Shown here: one piece after another, positions 1-9,594 of the stretch
Numbering within the stretch: the stretch's first letter is position 1
Layout of the letters: every line of letters starts with the position of its first letter
Assembly: GCA_965277715.1 (NCBI GenBank)
Contig: OZ255836.1
Location: forward strand, 4,128,001 to 4,192,000
From: Gammaproteobacteria bacterium
GTDB taxonomy: Bacteria; Pseudomonadota; Gammaproteobacteria; JBCCGL01
Reading direction: 5' to 3'
DNA: 64,000 nt
Translations under genes and position numbers: made by a program
Notes under the pieces: generated by a model
The model's input: only the letters and a program-made list of their open reading frames with translations
The model's database searches: none
What the model was told of the DNA's origin: nothing

Positions 1-131
1 TTCAGCCTTTTTTTACAGCGTGGGCTGTATGTTTTGGGTGCCGGTATGTTGTTGCAGGGCGTGGCGGATTATGTCCCCTCTCTGGCCGAAACCTGCCGCC
101 TGGAAATACAACTCCTCTCTATTTTTAGCGT

Positions 132-158
132 TGAAGTTATCGGTGTTGACGCCGTTAT
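132..158 (+). promoter_or_regulatory. possible second sigma28 (FliA) promoter upstream of fliC
   Basis: TGAA-N15-GCCGTTAT vs consensus TAAA-N15-GCCGATAA, exact spacing. Confidence 0.45.
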
Positions 159-263
159 CTATCGCTGTGTTGGCTGTCGCCATATCGTTATCTGCCTGAT
201 GAGGTTAACAACGTAAAGCAATTAGGTTGCCAGCCGTTCAATTGATCCGGGTCTTGATTGAGT

Positions 264-290
264 TAAAGGTTTTTTACAGTGTGTCGATAC
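264..290 (+). promoter_or_regulatory. sigma28 (FliA) promoter of fliC
   Basis: TAAA(GGTT)-N15-GTCGATAC, ~105 nt upstream of the flagellin ATG. Confidence 0.75.
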
Positions 291-395
291 CCCCCACAGA
301 GTGACAACAAACTGCGGGATAAGGCCGCTACCTGTGTACTCCCTGGGGCCCGATGGGGCTGCCAATAAACTAAACAGTGATTTTGGAGAAAGACA

Positions 396-1862
396 ATGGC
401 ATTAACGATTAATACAAATGTCGCCAGCCTGAATGCGCAGCGGAACCTGACGGGGACTCAGCGCGATTTGGGTACGGCGTTACAACGGTTGTCGTCTGGT
501 TTGCGCGTTAACAGCGCAAAAGATGATGCAGCGGGCCTCGCTATTGCCGCCCGGTTTACCGCACAAATCCGGGGTTCAGATCAGGCAGCGAGAAATGCTA
601 ATGACGGTATTTCTGTGTTACAGATTGCTGAAGGTGCCTTGAATGAAGTGTCTTCTAACTTACAGCGTATTCGCGAGCTGGCCGTGCAATCGGCCAATGC
701 CAGTAACTCCAGCAGCGACCGTGCGAAGCTGAATAACGAGTCCGCACAGTTAATTGCTGAAATAGACCGCGTTGCAAGCAACACGAATTTTAACGGGTTA
801 AATTTGCTGGATGGCACTTTTACCGGCCAGCGGTTACAGGTGGGCGCCGATTCGAACGCATCTAACCAGATTAGCATAACGCAAATTGCCAGTGCACGTT
901 CTGGCGCGTTAGGGGTGGGTGGCCAATCGTCTTATTCTACGACCGTTACCGGCGGGGCGGTAACCGCTGCGACTGCCCTGGTTTCAGGTGGTATTACTAT
1001 CAACGGTTTTCAGGTCGGTGCCAGTATTGCCGATGGGGTGTCATTCAATAATTCCACCGGTAGTGGTATTGCCAAAGCGGCGGCGATTAACGCGATCTCT
1101 ACCAATACTAATGTTGTTGCCACTACATCGGCGACAACACTGACTGGAACGGTTAATACCGCAGCAACAACAGACAGCGATGGCGCTACCCTCAATGGTG
1201 TGGCACTGGGCACGGTTGTCGCTGTAGGTGCGGCCAACCTCGATCAGAAGGTGACTAACTTCACCGCCGCTGTTAACGCCATTAGCAGCCAGACGGGTGT
1301 AACGGCAACGATTACCAATGTCACGGCAGGTACGTATACGCTGACTGCAGCAGATGGCCGGAATATCGATTATGTTGCTGACACAACCACCAATGGTTCT
1401 GTCGGTGGCGCGGCCGATGCCTCAGCTACCAGTAATATTGTACTGACCTCGACAAGCTCTACCGGCATCACCATCGGTGGTACTGCGGCGCAAATTGCCG
1501 CCGCAGGCCTGACCGGTGGCGCCAATGCTGCCACAGTGACCGTTAGTGCAGGTGTCTCCGCGCTGGATTTATCGACGGTGACAGGTTCTACCTCGGCACT
1601 GGGGGTCATTGATGCGGCGATAGAGAACATCGCCAACAGCCGGGCATCGCTGGGTGCATTCCAGAACCGCTTGGAATCGACCATATCCAATCTGCAGATT
1701 CAATCTGAAAACCTCAGTGCGTCACGCGGTCGGATTCAGGACGCGGATTTTGCCGCTGAGACGGCGAGCCTGTCGCGTTCACAGATTCTGCAACAGGCGG
1801 GTACGGCCATTCTGGCACAGGCTAACGCCCTGCCACAAAGCGTCTTGTCACTGCTACAGTAA
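396..1862 (+). CDS. fliC: flagellin
   Basis: N-term MALTINTNVASLNAQRNL...RLSSGLRVNSAKDDAAG, LQRIRELAVQS; C-term RIQDADFAAETASL...QAGTAILAQANALPQSVLSLL; GGAG RBS. Confidence 0.98.
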   Translation: MALTINTNVASLNAQRNLTGTQRDLGTALQRLSSGLRVNSAKDDAAGLAIAARFTAQIRGSDQAARNANDGISVLQIAEGALNEVSSNLQRIRELAVQSANASNSSSDRAKLNNESAQLIAEIDRVASNTNFNGLNLLDGTFTGQRLQVGADSNASNQISITQIASARSGALGVGGQSSYSTTVTGGAVTAATALVSGGITINGFQVGASIADGVSFNNSTGSGIAKAAAINAISTNTNVVATTSATTLTGTVNTAATTDSDGATLNGVALGTVVAVGAANLDQKVTNFTAAVNAISSQTGVTATITNVTAGTYTLTAADGRNIDYVADTTTNGSVGGAADASATSNIVLTSTSSTGITIGGTAAQIAAAGLTGGANAATVTVSAGVSALDLSTVTGSTSALGVIDAAIENIANSRASLGAFQNRLESTISNLQIQSENLSASRGRIQDADFAAETASLSRSQILQQAGTAILAQANALPQSVLSLLQ

Positions 1863-1884
1863 CAAACGTTTCCGCATGAGGCGG

Positions 1885-1911
1885 GGTGAGGTATCAGCCT
1901 GATACCTCACC
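1885..1911 (+). promoter_or_regulatory. strong hairpin after fliC without U-tract (mRNA-stabilising or partial termination)
   Basis: GGTGAGGTATCAG-C-CTGATACCTCACC perfect inverted repeat. Confidence 0.55.
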
Positions 1912-1939
1912 GCCGCTGAAACGCAAGAGAGTCAAAGCC

Positions 1940-2356
1940 ATGAGAATTGAAACACAAAATGCAGTTGCCCGGGATTCAGCTACACAGGCACAAAGTGGCC
2001 CTGCTGTGCTTGCACCGGTAATCCGGCTCGATCCCACAGCGCGGCAATCACCTGCAGGTACTGAACAGGCCTTGCCGGGAAATGCCGCTTTGGATAGCTC
2101 TGGGGCAGAAACTGAGCAGCTAAACGCCGCCGTGCGCAACATTAACGATTACGTACAGCGCTTGCAGCGCACCCTGCAGTTTTCTGTTGATGATGATACG
2201 GGCACCACGGTTGTCAAAGTGCTCAATGCGGAGACTGATGAGCTTATTCGTCAGTTTCCCCCGGAAGAAGCGCTGGCATTGGCCCGCCATTTGCAGTCGT
2301 CTCAGGAAACGCAGGCGCTTGACAATAGTGGTCTGATCTTACGTGCCCGTGCCTGA
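1940..2356 (+). CDS. flaG: flagellar protein FlaG
   Basis: LQFSVDDDTGTTVVKV...ELIRQFPPEEAL motif; lies between fliC and fliD; start taken at MRIETQ. Confidence 0.9.
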   Translation: MRIETQNAVARDSATQAQSGPAVLAPVIRLDPTARQSPAGTEQALPGNAALDSSGAETEQLNAAVRNINDYVQRLQRTLQFSVDDDTGTTVVKVLNAETDELIRQFPPEEALALARHLQSSQETQALDNSGLILRARA

Positions 2357-2394
2357 TGGGGTGTTTGAAATGGGGTTTTATAACGCACGCCAAT

Positions 2395-2418
2395 GGGGTA
2401 AACCGTCGTGTTTACCCC
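2395..2418. repeat. 9-bp-stem inverted repeat
   Basis: GGGGTAAAC-N6-GTTTACCCC. Confidence 0.5.
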
Positions 2419-2430
2419 GTTTAGAATGGT

Positions 2431-2476
2431 TCAGGTGTTAATGACCCAGGTGTTAATGGCCCAGGTGTACTAATGA
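2431..2476 (+). repeat. short ~15-bp tandem repeat (CAGGTGTTAATGRCC, ~3 copies) upstream of fliD
   Basis: caggtgttaatgacc caggtgttaatggcc caggtgtactaatga. Confidence 0.6.
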
Positions 2477-2478
2477 TC

Positions 2479-2494
2479 TGGGCGTACTTTTGCA
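2479..2494 (+). promoter_or_regulatory. possible sigma54 promoter for fliD
   Basis: TGGGCG...TTTTGCA with GG-N10-GC spacing, imperfect -24 box; fliD is FleQ/sigma54-dependent in pseudomonads. Confidence 0.3.
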
Positions 2495-2604
2495 TCAGCG
2501 GGCTGAGACGCCAACAAACCTTTTGCAACACACCTGGCGGATTCGTATAGGTCTCACCGAACAATCAACGTGTGCGCGGTATTTGACGCACATTGGATTT
2601 AACC

Positions 2605-4011
2605 ATGATCACATCGGCTGGTATAGGCTCCGGGCTTGATATTGAAAATATAATAACGCAGCTGGTAACCGCTGAAGGTCAGCCTGCTGCGCAGAGATTG
2701 GATCGACGTGAAGCGGGATACCAGGCTGAATTGTCTGGCTTGGGGCAAGTGAATTCAGCGCTCTCGCAATTTCGAACAAGTGTCACCACACTGCAAAATT
2801 TTGGCACTTCACAGCCGCGTGTGGCAACGGTGAGTGACAGCACTGTATTCACTGCATCAGCGACTGGCAGCGCGGTTTCTGCAAGTTACCAGATCCAGGT
2901 TAATGCGATTGCCGAAGCGCACCGTGTGAGCACAGCAGGCGTCGCGACATCCAGTACCGCAACAGGCACTGGCACGCTGACAATCACCACCAACAGCAAA
3001 TCGTTTAATGTGGTGGTCAATACCACTAATAACACACTGGCCGGCATTCGCAGTGCCATTAATAGTGCTCAGGACAACACGGGTGTGAGTGCAACGATCG
3101 TCAATGTCGACAATGGTACGGGTGGTACGGAGAGTCGGCTGGTGTTAAGTGCGACTAACACGGGCACCCTGCACAACATCACCGTCTCAGCGGATGACGA
3201 CGACAACAATGATACCGATACCTCGGGCTTATCAATTATTTCCACGGCCAATTTGAGCGTGCTGAATGCGGCAGTCAATGCCAGTATTAGCATTGACGGG
3301 CAAACGGTTACCCGCGCTTCAAATACCATTAGTGATGCCATCGACGGGGTTTCATTGACGCTGCAAAAAGCCGATGTCGGCGTCAATAAAACCTTGACTG
3401 TCGGGCTTGATAAAGCGGCGGTCCGCACGGCTGTATCCACATTTGTCTCCACCTACAATTCGTTGCAGGGGACGTTAAACCAATTGACATTTTACAACGC
3501 CACCAATAACACCTCTGGGGCGTTGCTGGGGGATGCCACATTGCGTAATGTGAGGAACCAGATATCACAACAACTGAGCCAGACGGTGGCCGCTGTCAGC
3601 GGTACATTTAATAGCCTGCCCAGTATTGGCATTGTTTCTGATGCCAGCGGCAACTTTCAACTGAATAACACCGTGTTCAACGCCGCGCTGGACAGCAACT
3701 TTAATGACATCAATACATTGTTTGCCGACGGCACAAATGGGATTGCCGTCAAACTGAGAACACTGCTCGATTCCTATCTTGGCAGCAGTGGCATCTTGCG
3801 AACACGCACCGATGGGTTACAAACCAGCATTAGCTCGATCAGCGATTCACGCCAACAACTGAGTGATCGATTGATACGTATTGAAGCGCGCTTTCGCACG
3901 GAGTTTACCGCGCTGGATACGCTGGTGGCCAATTTCCAATCAACCGCAAATTTTCTTACGCAACAACTGGCGAACCTACCAGGGTTTACCCGTGCCCGTA
4001 ATAACAGTTAA
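2605..4011 (+). CDS. fliD: flagellar filament cap protein
   Basis: ITSAGIGSGLDIENIITQLV N-term, GALLGDATLR, C-term RFRTEFTALDTLV; synteny. Confidence 0.96.
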   Translation: MITSAGIGSGLDIENIITQLVTAEGQPAAQRLDRREAGYQAELSGLGQVNSALSQFRTSVTTLQNFGTSQPRVATVSDSTVFTASATGSAVSASYQIQVNAIAEAHRVSTAGVATSSTATGTGTLTITTNSKSFNVVVNTTNNTLAGIRSAINSAQDNTGVSATIVNVDNGTGGTESRLVLSATNTGTLHNITVSADDDDNNDTDTSGLSIISTANLSVLNAAVNASISIDGQTVTRASNTISDAIDGVSLTLQKADVGVNKTLTVGLDKAAVRTAVSTFVSTYNSLQGTLNQLTFYNATNNTSGALLGDATLRNVRNQISQQLSQTVAAVSGTFNSLPSIGIVSDASGNFQLNNTVFNAALDSNFNDINTLFADGTNGIAVKLRTLLDSYLGSSGILRTRTDGLQTSISSISDSRQQLSDRLIRIEARFRTEFTALDTLVANFQSTANFLTQQLANLPGFTRARNNS

Positions 4012-4090
4012 GTGTCGGTTATGTCTTGCAGGTGATGACTGAAAACAACCGGTGTTACGCCAACCAAAATAAACGATTAAGAGGACTATT

Positions 4091-4519
4091 ATGAGTGTTA
4101 CAAACCCAGGTGCGCTGCACGAATATCAACAGGTGGGGGTTTTTTCTGGCGCGGCCTACGCCGATCCGCACTATTTGATTACCATGCTGATGGAAGGTGC
4201 GCTGGAACGCATTGCATTGACCAAAGGAGCGATAGCCAAAGGGGATGTGGTGGAAAAAAGTCGATTGATTGGTAATGCCATTACCATTGTGGAAGGGTTA
4301 AAGGGGTGCCTGGATTTATCCGTTGGCGGCGAATTGGCGCAAAACCTGGCAGACCTATACGATTACATGACGCGCCGCTTACTCAATGCCAACCTGAACA
4401 ACGATATACAGATGCTCGATGAAGTAGCCAGTTTGTTGCACGAAATAAAAGTCGCCTGGCAGCAGATTCCGCAAGTGCACGAAAAACCCAAAAACCTGGA
4501 ACGTATGGCGGTGAGATAG
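4091..4519 (+). CDS. fliS: flagellin export chaperone FliS
   Basis: ADPHYLITMLMEGAL, GGELAQNLADLYDYM; GAGGA RBS. Confidence 0.96.
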   Translation: MSVTNPGALHEYQQVGVFSGAAYADPHYLITMLMEGALERIALTKGAIAKGDVVEKSRLIGNAITIVEGLKGCLDLSVGGELAQNLADLYDYMTRRLLNANLNNDIQMLDEVASLLHEIKVAWQQIPQVHEKPKNLERMAVR

Positions 4520-4530
4520 CGTGAAAACAT

Positions 4531-4896
4531 GTGTTCGATTTACATTTGTTCGATTCAACGGGGGCTTTTAGCTTGAACTACAACGCATTGATCCAGGATA
4601 TCGTTGACCTAAGCCAACAGATAGAGGATTTAGCGCAGAGCGACGACTGGCTGTCGATGCAAAACCTCGCCGACCGGCGTATGCGCGGTCTGCACACACT
4701 ATTCGCCGCATTAGCATTGGATCAGCCTGTACAACTGTCGGTGCTGGATTGTAAAAAACTAAACCATGTCCTCGATGCCAACCAACGCATTTTGGCCCAT
4801 ACCCGCCGTCGGCGCGATGCGGTAGTAATGGCGGTTGCTACACAGCGCGCCGCTACCGCTGCGCAGCGGGCATACACGGCCTGTCCTCAATACTAA
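4531..4896 (+). CDS. fliT: FliT-like flagellar chaperone (start uncertain)
   Basis: position after fliS, ~120 aa helical, LAQSDDWLSM...R pattern. Confidence 0.6.
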   Translation: MFDLHLFDSTGAFSLNYNALIQDIVDLSQQIEDLAQSDDWLSMQNLADRRMRGLHTLFAALALDQPVQLSVLDCKKLNHVLDANQRILAHTRRRRDAVVMAVATQRAATAAQRAYTACPQY

Positions 4897-5170
4897 CAAG
4901 CCAAATCTGGTCCTTCCAACGGGTAACAGGGATAAATTTGGTGAGAAATATGCGCTAAATTTTTGTAATACTGTTTATTTTGTCTAATATTATAATGAGT
5001 TACAAAAAACCTTATATTAGCAATGCCTTGAATTCACTGTGCAGCCAGCCCAACGCAGTCTGCATTCGCTTCAGCCGCGTTCGGTAGGCTATCTCCGCCA
5101 TCCAAGTATGACCGGAAGACCTTCAGAATGTGAAATTCCAATCGGTAGACCGGTGATACGACACAAATAA

Positions 5171-6628
5171 ATGACCAAAAAAACACTAAAGAAAGTACTT
5201 GTAGTTGATATCGATACGGAGCGAACACGATCACTGGCCACCTTGCTGAATTTTCTGGACTACAATGCCCAGGTACTCAGTAGCCCCGCACTCTTGCGCG
5301 AATTGACAGACCTGGCGGATTACGGCGCCCTGTTTCTCTATGAATCAAAGCAGGCACTGGCAATTGCTGCAGAGCTTGCCGAGAAATTGAGCCAGTGCCC
5401 GCCGTTGGTGCTGGTCGGTGATCACTTTGCCAATGAGCCGAGTGAAGGGGCACTGCCACCGGGGTTTATCGCCGCCATGAAAACGGACATCAAATACCCC
5501 GAGTTGAGCAATTTACTGCACCGTACTGAACTCACCGCAAAACAACACAACAAAGACCTGCCACAATCGCTGGAGTTATTCCGCAGCCTGGTGGGCAACA
5601 GCCGCACTATCCGTCGTGTGCGCAAAATGATCGAACAGGTTGCCAGTACTGAAGCCACTGTCTTGATTTTGGGTGAATCCGGCACGGGTAAAGAAGTGGT
5701 TGCGCGCAACATCCACTACTACTCAACACGCAGAAACAAACCGTTTGTACCCATCAACTGTGGCGCTATTCCCGGTGATCTGCTGGAAAGCGAACTGTTT
5801 GGCCATGAAAAGGGAGCGTTTACCGGCGCCTTGAGTGCCCGTCAGGGGCGTTTTGAACTGGCTGAAGGTGGCACTATCTTTCTCGATGAAATCGGGGATA
5901 TGCCGTTGAACATGCAAGTCAAATTGTTACGGGTGATTCAGGAGCGCTCATTTGAGCGCGTTGGCAGCAACCGCAGCATCAAAACCAACGTGCGCATTAT
6001 CGCGGCAACCCACCGTGACCTGGATGTATTGATCGAGCAGGGACAATTCCGTGAAGATTTGTATTATCGACTCAATGTCTTCCCAATCGAAATGCCGGCA
6101 ATGCGTGATCGACTCGAAGATCTGCCCTTGCTGGTCAACGAATTAATCACCCGGCTCGAACACGAAAAAAGTGGCTCGGTACGCCTGACGCCCGCCGCAA
6201 TCGCCACCTTGTGCAACTACCGCTGGCCGGGCAATGTACGTGAGCTGGCCAACCTGATTGAACGGTTGGCGATTCTCTTCCCCTACGGTGTGGCGGATGT
6301 CAAAGACCTGCCCGCCAAAATAGTGCCAACGCAAACCAGTGGAGAACTTATCCCGCATGATGCAGTGGCGCTTGAGTATCCCGTCACTATGAGCTCAGGG
6401 GGCATGGCTAACCTGGAAATCCTCAGTAGTGAGCCACGCCTGCCGCGTGAGGGCATTGATCTAAAACAACACCTTACCGATATTGAAGTGAGCTTGATTA
6501 AGCAAGCCCTCGACGACACCGATTGGGTTGTCGCGCACTCGGCAAAGCGCCTGCGTATCCGGCGCACCACCCTGGTGGAAAAAATGCGCAAATACAATAT
6601 CGTGCGGACTGAAGAGCTGTTGTTATAA
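5171..6628 (+). CDS. fleQ: sigma54-dependent flagellar master regulator FleQ/FlrA
   Basis: [45 protein letters not shown]; N-terminal domain lacks an obvious phospho-acceptor; synteny. Confidence 0.93.
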   Translation: MTKKTLKKVLVVDIDTERTRSLATLLNFLDYNAQVLSSPALLRELTDLADYGALFLYESKQALAIAAELAEKLSQCPPLVLVGDHFANEPSEGALPPGFIAAMKTDIKYPELSNLLHRTELTAKQHNKDLPQSLELFRSLVGNSRTIRRVRKMIEQVASTEATVLILGESGTGKEVVARNIHYYSTRRNKPFVPINCGAIPGDLLESELFGHEKGAFTGALSARQGRFELAEGGTIFLDEIGDMPLNMQVKLLRVIQERSFERVGSNRSIKTNVRIIAATHRDLDVLIEQGQFREDLYYRLNVFPIEMPAMRDRLEDLPLLVNELITRLEHEKSGSVRLTPAAIATLCNYRWPGNVRELANLIERLAILFPYGVADVKDLPAKIVPTQTSGELIPHDAVALEYPVTMSSGGMANLEILSSEPRLPREGIDLKQHLTDIEVSLIKQALDDTDWVVAHSAKRLRIRRTTLVEKMRKYNIVRTEELLL

Positions 6629-6661
6629 CATCTGCGTATTGCCTACGCGATTATTCAGGTT

Positions 6662-7037
6662 CTGCGTTGCTCTACCTCCTGTGTCCCTACAGTCGTCGGC
6701 AACTGCTCCTGCGTTGCTCTACCTCCTGTGTCCCTACAGTCGTCGGCAACTGCTCCTGCGTTGCTCTATCTCCTGTGTCCCTACAGTCGTCGGCAACTGC
6801 TCCTGCGTTGCTCTATCTCCTGTGTCCCTACAGTCGTCGGCAACTGCTCCTGCGTTGCTCTATCTCCTGTGTCCCTACAGTCGTCGGCAACTGCTCCTGC
6901 GTTGCTCTATCTCCTGTGTCCCTACAGTCGTCGGCAACTGCTCCTGCGTTGCTCTATCTCCTGTGTCCCTACAGTCGTCGGCAACTGCTCCTGCGTTGCT
7001 CTAGCTCCTGTGTCCCTACAGTCGTCGGTAACTGTTT
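6662..7037. repeat. tandem array of 8 near-identical 47-bp units, no spacers
   Basis: unit CTGCGTTGCTCTAYCTCCTGTGTCCCTACAGTCGTCGGCAACTGCTC starts at 6662, 6709, 6756, 6803, 6850, 6897, 6944, 6991; last copy slightly diverged. Confidence 0.97.
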
Positions 7038-7257
7038 CTGTGGAAAACAGGCTGGTGATGGTTACTGATGGTGTGAGATTGTGCTCTGATGTATTGCCTG
7101 CCGGAGACAACATTCAGTGTTTGATAGAGCTGAAAACATATCGCACACCTGCAAGATATGAGCGTGCTATGTATCGTCACGTATGCTACGTTTATTTGGT
7201 TACATCTACATTTGTAGAGTGTCTTCAGGTCTTTGTTGCACATTATTAGGAGGTTCG

Positions 7258-7389
7258 TTACCCGCTTTTGGGTGGCGGAGGAGGCGGAGGCGGAGGAGGC
7301 CGTTGCGCTGTTGAGGGTGGGTTAATACCTCTGGCGAAATTATTTTCCTGTCTTCGTGGCGGTGGCGGGTTTGACGCTTTTTTAGACAT
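7258..7389 (-). CDS. 43-aa proline-rich peptide (not in ORF track)
   Basis: MSKKASNPPPPRRQENNFARGINPPSTAQRPPPPPPPPPPKSG*; ATG 10 nt after the stop of the upstream DUF6338-like gene; Pro run uses mixed codons (cct/ccg/cca/ccc). Confidence 0.7.
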   Translation of the reverse strand: MSKKASNPPPPRRQENNFARGINPPSTAQRPPPPPPPPPPKSG

Positions 7390-7399
7390 AGTCAATTCA

Positions 7400-7990
7400 T
7401 CACTTTTTCATAAATTCAACAAACACTACAGCCGAGCCGTTGATAAGAATGCTTTCAACGTCGGATAAGGGTATTTCCGTATTTTCGCTATCAAGCCAGC
7501 TCGCCTCCCTGAGTAGAAAATGGCCGCTATGCGGTTCAGTTGGCCATTCTGAAGGCCAGCCGTATATTCTTCTACCATCATCCAGGTGCAATACAACATA
7601 GGTTATATTGTCGGCAAAGGCGCTAAACCACTCGGACGCATAAGATGTTTCGCGGGTGATAGCGAGTTTTCTCATCAGCGCGTGAAACTTATCATTGTTT
7701 GCAAAATAAGCAAACACTAGACCCAATAGCAATGATGTTATTAAGGCGCTGAGTAATTCGGTATTGGTATTCCATTCTATCCATCCGGGGTGTAGGCCCG
7801 TTACATTGGCCAGTGCTTTAAACAGAAACCCTAAACCCTGGATAATAATAGTAAATATGAGTGCTTGAACAACCCGTTCAAAATGGGATTGCTTGGGGTA
7901 GGAGGTAAAGGCATAAAAAATCCACGCGGTGACGAAGCCGGGCAGCAGATATTGCAATAGTGATATAACACCGGTGTTGATTAAATCCAT
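7400..7990 (-). CDS. DUF6338-like membrane protein
   Basis: LLPGF motif, 3 hydrophobic helices, C-terminal W...VVLHLDDGRRIYGWP...F.L..A.W...ILI pattern. Confidence 0.7.
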   Translation of the reverse strand: MDLINTGVISLLQYLLPGFVTAWIFYAFTSYPKQSHFERVVQALIFTIIIQGLGFLFKALANVTGLHPGWIEWNTNTELLSALITSLLLGLVFAYFANNDKFHALMRKLAITRETSYASEWFSAFADNITYVVLHLDDGRRIYGWPSEWPTEPHSGHFLLREASWLDSENTEIPLSDVESILINGSAVVFVEFMKK

Positions 7991-8123
7991 AATGATACGC
8001 CATTAAGTGCCCTTCACTTATTAAAGCAGTTTTCTTATCCGCAGAAAATACTAAACTCAGTACATAAAATCCAAAATATATACTTCTATAAAAAAATCAT
8101 AACGCTACACGAGTAATACACCA

Positions 8124-9593
8124 ATGGAACAGCACAATATTTTGATACTCGGCGCCAGCCCCTGGAATCTTCACCGGGTTAGCCATGATGTAGAAATTCG
8201 TAATATACAAAAAGCCATAAAAAAAAGTAGTGGCGCAGATGCATTCTCTATCGAAACCAACTCCGCCGCGCAGTATCAGGATTTAGGCGAGGCGGTTTTG
8301 GCGCAGCAACCGCATATCCTGCATTTCTGTGGGCATGGCGGGGGTGATGTGGGGTTGGTTTTTGTGGATGAAGATAACAACGCCCAGCTCGCGGATAACA
8401 CGGCTATGGAAAAACTCATCCGTATGCTGGGCAATCATGTGCGCTGTGTGTTTCTCAATGCCTGTTACAGTGAGGTGCAGGCAAAGTTACTAATTCCTCA
8501 TGTCGACTATGTTATTGGCGTGCAGGGCACAGTGGGTGATGCCGACGCTCAGGCGTTTAGCACGGCATTTTATGAAAAACTGGGGGCTGGTTACCCGCTT
8601 ACCTATGCTTTTGAGTTGGCCTACAACGACCACTACCACGCCGAGCACTGTCGGCCAGTGTTGCTCAGCCGCAGTGAGCACCGCCTCTACCACAGTGATC
8701 TCGATACCCTCAATGAAATAAGCCAACGGTTGCAAACCGTCACCCCTGGTATTGCCCTCCTGGGCCAGGCGGGCCGTATCAGTGCTGCTTTGCCTCCAGC
8801 ACTGCGAGCACGGATGCAGGGAACCTTTGGCCCTGAACGGGTATTAACACTTAGCCCCGTCAGTGACGACAAACAACAAGGTGCATTTTTTGCCCATCTC
8901 GCCGAGCAGGCGCAGTCTGATCAGGTCGACTTTAGCGGGTTAGCAACCGTCTTACAGCACCGGGTGGAAGACGGTAGCCTGCGCTGCCTGTTGCTAGGCC
9001 ATTTGCAGCGCGGTAGCGCTGAAGAGTCCCGGCAACTGGCCGAGTTGTTGCGCAATTTATGTGAAGGGGGGCGGTTAAAGGTGGTGATTTACGGTGAGCG
9101 AAGACTGCGCGATTTAATGGTGCTTAACGGTGCGCTATCACCGCTGAATATGTTGGATTCACTCTACCTTGCCGAGTTGGGTGTAGAGGATGTTCTCAAG
9201 CTTGAGCCAGAGTTGAAGAGAGAAGAAGCCGAGGATTTGTTGGCGCTGTCTGGCGGGCACCCACGGCTGTTGCGTGAAGCGCTGTTTTGCTATCGCCAAC
9301 AACCCAATCTGAATAAGGTAGCCGAGCAGTTGCAAACTGCGGTCGATGATATTGTCGATCAATGTCTTTGTGATTTTCGGGGGCAGGAGGATAGTATGGT
9401 GTTGTTAGCGGATTGCTTGCGTGAAGAACGGGCGGGTTACCGAGCAGACTTGATAGGTGATGAAGTGTTGGCGGCTTTATATTGGCATAACTTGCTGCGG
9501 CAGCAGGGGCATCAGTTGTACTGGCGTTGTAGTTTATTGCGTGAGACGGTGGAAGCAGTAGCGGCCAGCCTGGCCCGGCGGGCGGGGGTGTGA
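8124..9593 (+). CDS. CHAT (caspase-like) domain fused to a degenerate STAND/AAA-like domain
   Basis: ILHFCGHG (H71) and VFLNACYS (C114) dyad; C-terminal half has LSGGHPRLL (STAND GxP-like) but no GKT/S Walker A. Confidence 0.8.
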   Translation: MEQHNILILGASPWNLHRVSHDVEIRNIQKAIKKSSGADAFSIETNSAAQYQDLGEAVLAQQPHILHFCGHGGGDVGLVFVDEDNNAQLADNTAMEKLIRMLGNHVRCVFLNACYSEVQAKLLIPHVDYVIGVQGTVGDADAQAFSTAFYEKLGAGYPLTYAFELAYNDHYHAEHCRPVLLSRSEHRLYHSDLDTLNEISQRLQTVTPGIALLGQAGRISAALPPALRARMQGTFGPERVLTLSPVSDDKQQGAFFAHLAEQAQSDQVDFSGLATVLQHRVEDGSLRCLLLGHLQRGSAEESRQLAELLRNLCEGGRLKVVIYGERRLRDLMVLNGALSPLNMLDSLYLAELGVEDVLKLEPELKREEAEDLLALSGGHPRLLREALFCYRQQPNLNKVAEQLQTAVDDIVDQCLCDFRGQEDSMVLLADCLREERAGYRADLIGDEVLAALYWHNLLRQQGHQLYWRCSLLRETVEAVAASLARRAGV

Positions 9594-9594
9594 T

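Noticed and set aside
6662-7037. CRISPR array
   Set aside because: Units are contiguous with no unique spacers, and no cas genes are in the window.
6528-7249. Three overlapping Cys-rich ORFs across the 47-bp array
   Set aside because: They arise because the unit lacks plus-strand stops; all three frames give the same permuted sequence and have no RBS.
7268-7468. Poly-Gly ORF on the plus strand
   Set aside because: Antisense shadow of the Pro-rich peptide and the DUF6338-like gene.
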